From contig NC_083292.1 of assembly GCF_963506605.1 (NCBI RefSeq), forward strand, positions 15,500,001-15,564,000: a stretch of 64,000 nucleotides of DNA, given 5' to 3'. The notes below the pieces were generated by a model. That model did no database searches. It saw only the letters and a program-made list of their open reading frames with translations, and was not told the DNA's origin. A program made the position numbers and the translations under genes. The DNA comes from Zootoca vivipara (Eukaryota). Positions 57,507 through 64,000 of this stretch are shown piece after piece (the stretch's first letter is position 1; each line of letters begins with the position of its first letter).

Positions 57507-58399
57507 ATGGACTAGAAGGACCATTGGCCTGCTCCAGTAGGCTCTCAATATGTTCATATGCAGTGCTCAAGCAGAAAATGCAACATTTTCATGTTCCTTT
57601 CCCCCAACCCCCCCCCCCCCAAGACAAAAAGCAGCTAATGGTACCTTTAAAAAATAACATGTTAGAACAATGAGAATCCCCCAAGATCCTATGCCCTTCT
57701 CGTTTTGTTTCTCGGGGCTTCTCTCATGCCTGGAGCTTAGCCAAATGCAGACCCTCGCAAAAGACATGTTTGCTGAAGTTATTCCAACCACGGCTGGCTG
57801 TCAAAGACAACAGCTCATAAACAACACATGCAACTATGTGAATCAGCCTTGAGGCTGGAATTCTGGAGTTCCTGGTCTTGGTTACAGGAGAGAACAGTGT
57901 ATCATTGCTCTGTGGGGGGGGGGGGCATTTCTCTCCCTCTCTCTGCATCTGTAGGGAGGAGGGCTGCAAGATAAGTCACATTGTGGTTATGGGAATTGGC
58001 TCTCAAGGTTGTAAGGAACTGCAGTCTGGCTGAGCCTTAAGGCCTCCCAAGTTTATTTTTTTTTGTTCCTGTTAAACGTCCGGCCTTTGCACATAGGAGT
58101 GTGAGGTGTGACCTTGGATCATCTGCTTCGAGGAGGAGGAGGTTGGGGACCAGCCACTGGCTGGGTTTATTGGGTCCACCTCCCCCGCTTCCTCATCCCA
58201 AGGAGTGGATTTGCAAATCAATTCCGTAATGGGAAGGTTTCCGATAAAGGAATTATGTTTCTTCAAAGGATTCGTCACCAAGTCACTGAAGCAAACACAT
58301 TTCCCCTTCTGCATTGGATGCACGATCCTGGCTCCAGGGAGAGATTTTGCTGAGTGAGAATTCGAACTGCGAGAGGAAAACTCCCAAGTAGCTCTTCCC

Positions 58400-58651
58400 C
58401 AGGGGTCAGCAAACTTTTTCAGCAGGGGGGCCAGTCCACTGTCCCTCAGACCTTGTGGGGGGCCGGACTATATTTTGAAGAAAAAAAATGAATGAATTCC
58501 TATGCCCCACAAATAACCCAGAGATGCATTTTAAATAAAAGGACACATTCTACTCAGGTAAAAACATGCTGATTCCCAGACCGTCCGCGGGCCGGAATTA
58601 GAAGGTGATTGGGCCGCATCCGGACCCCGGGCCTTAGTTTGGGGACCCCTG
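58400..58651. mobile_element. Non-autonomous hAT, OposCharlie1/OC1-like
   Basis: 8-bp TSD CTCTTCCC, TIR CAGGGGTC..CAAACT / AGTTTGGGGACCCCTG; family name from recalled consensus. Confidence 0.8.
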
Positions 58652-61600
58652 CTCTTCCCCCTCCACCTTCTGTCCTTCTGAAAGTTGGCTGATGGGATCC
58701 TGCGGATTAACTACTTTTTGTCATAAGTTCTTATTTATTTCCATACAATTTAACAAATTCAATTCAGTTTCCCTTCTTAGCCTTTTGATTTCCCAAGTTC
58801 CCTTCCTTCCATGATGTTTCTGTTCAAATCCTTTTATCTACTACCTTAAAAATAATAGTTATTTCTATAACATATATTTTACATTACATTCCTTTATCAT
58901 TCTCATTCCTTTGCCTATATTTCTAGACCTGACTGTGATTTCATTTGACTGTAATATTTTGTCACATAATCTGAAAGGGATCTTGACACTTCCACAAAAA
59001 AATTCGTCCTTTTGGTCTCTTATTTTTGCCATCTCCATATAGTCCAATATATTAATCCATGTTTTGTATTTATGCTAACAGCAATATGGTTTGTGTCAGT
59101 TCCATACTACAGCTGCAATCGGAATTATTCAACCCCCATTGCAAATCAGGTGAAATTCAGCTGAAAATGCAACTTATACTGGCTTCTCCAGTCTCACTGA
59201 GTTGCATTTTCAGCTGAATTTGGGGAAACTGCTTGAAGCATCTGCTGTGTAGAGCTATTTCCATTGCTTTTGTGTGATTTGCTACTTGCAAACAGCTGAA
59301 AGTCTGAAAAATTTGATAATAAACCTGTTTTGCAATCGGGGTTGAATAATTCTGATTGCAACTGTGTGTGTGGTGCCTGAGACAGGATATCCAAACTGCA
59401 CTGCTGGTCACACTGAAAAACTTTCCTGCCCCATTGCAAAGTGTCCTAATGCAGCCATAGCTGTCAACTTTTTCCTTTTCTCGCGAGGAATCCTATTCAG
59501 AATAAGGGAATTTCCCTTAAAAAAGGGGGGAAAGTTGACAGCTATGAATGCAGCTCCCATTCATTTCAATGGGACTAAGTGCCGTTTCGAGCAGTTGCTC
59601 AGCCTATGCTACCAAGGACACATGTCTGTGTGCTTCTCCCTCAATGGGGCTGTCTCTGGACTGAGACACCTCCATCTCCCTGCCCTGCCCTGCTGGAAAG
59701 CAGCAGCTTCACAGCACCAAGTCCTAGGATGGCTTTCGGGCCTCAGCACCTACAAAAGGGAAGTTCCCCTGCTTCAGCTAGAACAAGGCTCTTCCCTCTG
59801 CTTAAGTGTTCTGGAGCAGCCTCTTACCCTCTTCCTGCTGATGAGATAGAAGATGTAAACGCTTTGAAGGAAGGAGAAGATAAATAAATGAATGCAAGAG
59901 GTGGTGGCCCTTCCAATATCCTGGCCCAAGGCCAGTTGGGAATGAGAGAGAAGCAGCCCCAATAAGGCCCCCATCCAGCTGTGGATGCAACTGCAGAAGC
60001 TAGATTGGGGCATTACATTTTAATTTGCACAAACTGACACACAACTATTACTTCCTCTGACATGGAAATGTGGTCTTTTAATGAAGCCTAAAACCTCATT
60101 AGCCTCTGTTTTTTTTGCAGTGGCACCACACTGCCAGCTCATACACAACTTGTGCCTGACAGCAATCCCAAGATTCTCAAGCCAGGTATCCCCCATCCTT
60201 GTGCGGATCTGAGCCCCCACCCCACCCCAGCGCAGAAGTTTGCATTCATCTCTGTTGATGCGTTTTGTTGGTTTCAGCCCAGCTTTTCCATCCCAACAAG
60301 GTCGGTTTGCATTGTGTTCCCATCTTCTTAGAGGTTAGTTACGCCTCTCAGTTTTGGGTCATCCACAAATCTCATAAAGATTCCTTCTACCCATTCATCT
60401 AACACAATGATAGAGTACTAAACATAAGGAGAGTCTGTTATGGGGGTTCTCTGTCCAGCTCAGTATCCTGTTCTCACAGTAGCTAACCAAGTGTCCTCAT
60501 GGGAAGTGCACAAGCAGTTCCTGACTCAAGATAGAGCCCAGCACCTGCCCACCCACCCCCAGCATCCTAACCTCCCTCTGGTTGGGTGAGGAACCACCAA
60601 TGAGCATTTTCCATCTATCCAGAGCCAGCCCAGCCAATTAGGCAGCAGGATGAGGCCGCTGCTTCAGGTGGCAGAAGCCCCCCATGCAACACACCCATGG
60701 GTTTTCCACTACCTCCACCAACGGTGGAGAAGCACCGCCACCATCAGTGCCAATACTGGGCAAGATCGCATCCGTTTGGGGTGAGATCTTACCCCAAATC
60801 TTTTCAAAATTGGTGCTGATAGTGGTGGTGCTTCTCCACCACCAGCGGATGCAGCAGAGCGCAGGGCAGCGGCAGGAGCAGGAGCAGGAAGGTAGGTGGT
60901 GGTGGTGGGAACTGCAAGACAGAGCGGCACATCCTGTTTCACCTCAAGCGGCAAAACAGAACACACCACCCCTGCATCCAGCTGTGAATCCACTTGGCAA
61001 TCTAGTATCAATTCAGCCAATTTGCTAACCAAGATATCATGGTAGGCTTTGTCAAATTCTTGGCTGAAGTCAAGATAACTTATGTTCACAACATTCCCAC
61101 AATCCACTAAACTAGTAAATTGATTTAAAAAAAAAAGTGTGTGAGAGAGAAAGAGATTATTAGCCTGACACATTTGTCTCTGCAAATCCCTGTCGGCTCT
61201 CCCTAATCTCTGTACAGTATTGCTAATCGAGAGGACACCTTTATAAGCTGTTCTACCTCCCCCTCCCTCCATTATTGAAGTCAGGTTGACCAGTTTCTCA
61301 GCTCATCCTTTCTGAAGACAACACTTGCCTGTCTTCAGTCCTATAGCACCTCACATGCTTTTCAGAGATGACCCAGAGATCCTCAAGAGTACACCAGCAG
61401 TTTCTTTAATGCCATAGGATGCCGTTCACCTAGCCCTGAAGACCAGTGTTCATTCAAAGTACCGGTACTTAGGCCTTGCCTGACCAACTCATTCAAGAAG
61501 AGCAATTCTGCCCCCAAACCGGTTGGGCTACTTACTGGAGGAAGGTTGCACTCAGCTCCCCTCTGCTTGTTCATCCATTAATATTTCCCCCTCCTTCCTG

Positions 61601-61693
61601 AGCAGGGGGGCTCACCACAGCCTTCTGGTTGCTTTGAACAGTCTTGCAAAGGACTTTTTGCTGCTCTAAACATCTCAATTCTGAGCTTTTGCT

Positions 61694-61870
61694 CAGGGCA
61701 GTCTCAAACAGGTCGGGCGCCCTGGCGCTGAGGGGCGGAGATCGCTCCGGCGTTGCCGCCCTCACAGGTTGCAGCATGGTTTCCGCGCGGCTTTGCCGTG
61801 CAGCGCCCGGCCTGCCGGCCCGGCGCCCTGGCACACCGCGCTACCGGGAGTCTACCTAGAGCCGGCCCTG
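61694..61870. mobile_element. Non-autonomous GC-rich hAT
   Basis: Perfect 8-bp TSD CTTTTGCT; CAGGGC...GCCCTG ends; GGCGCCCTGGC subterminal motifs. Confidence 0.85.
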
Positions 61871-62778
61871 CTTTTGCTGTTGCCCCTACTGCCACCATTT
61901 TTTCTTTCTCACTGAAATGCTTTGCACTTTTCCTTAACTCCATCTTCAACAATTCTGCACTGTAGGACCCTACATAGCATTTGTCTGAGCTGATTAAAAG
62001 CAGCTTTCCTGAAAAGCAAAGGGGCAGTTTAGGCTTCGCACACCTTTGACTTTATGAAAGATCACAAATTCTAACCCCATACCATCACCTTCCCCCCAAA
62101 GTCCCTACTACTGTCATCTCAACAAATCTTCGCCAGACATGTAGCATCACTCAGCAGTCTCACAAAAGCATTATCTCTTCGCCCAGGCTTTCCCTGACCC
62201 ACAAGACCGGGCCCTGCCATTACAAAACCCTGGTATTGTTGTTGTTTTTTAGAATACTACTTTACTGGATTTTACTTTACTGTTTTTATTACACTGATCT
62301 ATTGTTTACATGTCATGTTTTTTGCATACCGCTTAGAGGGCTTTAAATAGTAAGTAGTTTAGAAATGTTTTCAAATGGGTCAGTGTGCCAGCTTTCAAAT
62401 TCCTCAGAATTCTCCATCAGGCTAATTATTAAAAAAAATAAAAACCAAAGGGGAAGGGAGGAGAGACAGAAGAAAAAACCTGTTGATGTTAGTCCAGCCA
62501 TCTTAAACACGTATCTGACATAGACCTGGATAAACAGCCTGGCTTTCACCACCCCCTGCATAGTTTTTATTATGCAACCTGAGGGAGAGCCGTGGGGAAC
62601 ACTATTTTATGATGTTTTGGCATTGCCCTCATCTGGACTTTGGCATGCTCCAACCTGGTTATTGCAAGTTACATGAGTAACAAGACAGGGTTCCAACTAC
62701 CTGAGGAGTGAAAAGTCTAGAAGAATTGCAAGAAGATGACCTCAGAAGTGGGGCTGAAGTCTGACCCTGCACCACTGC

Positions 62779-63021
62779 CATGGGCGTAGGCAGGGGGGGC
62801 AACTGCCCCCCCTAGAAGCAAAAGGCTGAGGGGCGCAGCGTGGCGGCCCCAGGCTTACGCTCCCCGCGCGCCTCCGGAGCTTCGTGCGGGGAGCGGGAGC
62901 CTGGGGCCGGTTCCTCTGAACAGCTGAAAGGCGCAGGCCCACATTCCCACTGTGGCCCCTCCCCTCCCGTGCCTTGGCCCTGCCCCTTGCCCCCCTAATT
63001 TTGATCCTGGGTACGCCCCTG
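62779..63021. mobile_element. Non-autonomous GC-rich hAT
   Basis: Perfect 8-bp TSD ACCACTGC; TIR CATGGGCGTAGGCAGG / CCTGGGTACGCCCCTG. Confidence 0.87.
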
Positions 63022-64000
63022 ACCACTGCCCAAATGGCCATGCGCTACACAAACACAACTGTAACACATGAATAGGGCCTCCTGGTACTCACTTACCTAA
63101 CAACTCTCACTGGTAGTCAGCATTAGAAACTCAGATATATAATGTGGTCGCCAAATGACACCTTAAACCTAGGCTGCGGCTGCCACAATAGAATGTCTAG
63201 GAACCACCCCCCCACTCCATGGGATTTATTCTTATTTTTACTGTTATTCATTCATTCCATTTCTATACCAATTTATATTTTAAAGAACAGATCTCCAAGC
63301 AGTTTACAACACATTAAAACGTCAAATAAAGCAATCCAGAATAAAATCAACTCAGGGGAAATATCTCAGGTCCTTCTCTAAGTGACATTTTGCTTTCTCC
63401 TGGCGCCAGCCTGGCGCCCAGAGATCTCCATGTGGCCGCAATTGGACTCGCACCAGTCGCAAAAATGCGCCTGGCTAATTTCGAACACCACTGGTAGCGC
63501 GCTTCCTCATGGTGCGTAGCAAAACTGTGGAAATCGCTCCCATGGGAGGAAGCAATGGCCACCAACTTGGATGGTTTTAAAAAGGGATTCTACAAATTCA
63601 TAGGGGAGAGGGGTATCAATAGATATTGACTGTACTCTGCCTCCACAGTCAGAGGCAGCGATGCTTCTGAATCCCAGTCACTAAAAACTCCAGGGTGGGA
63701 GAGTCCTCTCATGCTTGAATCCTGCTTGCAGGTTTCCCAGAAGTTGCATCTGATTGGCCACTGTGAGAACAGGATGTTGGACTGGATGGGCCATTGGCCT
63801 GGCCCAACAAGCTCTTCTTGTGTTCTTAACATAGAACACAAAGAAGGGGCATCAGATGCTCCTCTTAAAAGTTTGGCGATGGCACATGTTCGATGACTGC
63901 ATGCAAAATCAGATGGTGAAAACAAATTATTCACAGACCCCGGTGAAATGTTTCTGACTGTGCAAACTGACTCCCCAACTGATGGTGGGTGTTTAGCCCT

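Overview
Vertebrate genomic DNA, almost certainly from a squamate and probably a lacertid lizard, judging by Sauria SINEs, Squam3-like SINE, BovB and lizard-type hAT/Tigger MITEs. The window lies inside the BCR gene (RhoGEF/RhoGAP) on the minus strand. Coding exons 2-21 were placed by hand. All have GT-AG boundaries and compatible phases, and their lengths match the human exons as I recall them, except exon 2 which is 3 nt longer. Exon 1 lies beyond the right edge and exons 22-23 beyond the left edge. The introns are dense in mobile elements. Highlights: (1) a non-autonomous hAT element with an 8-bp TSD that carries a captured fragment of MCAT exon 1 (Pack-hAT-like gene capture), nested in another hAT, with apparent sibling elements carrying other GC-rich interiors; (2) a complete non-autonomous Helitron with a large GC-rich fold-back carrying splice donors; (3) candidate internal first exons/promoters of BCR, notably an intron-16 exon resembling the N-terminus of the short GAP-only ABR isoform, and a CpG island in intron 4; (4) Penelope-derived minimal hammerhead ribozyme motifs on the BCR sense strand; (5) a solo LTR with a perfect 73-bp palindrome. 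Family names and homology calls come from recalled sequences, not database searches.
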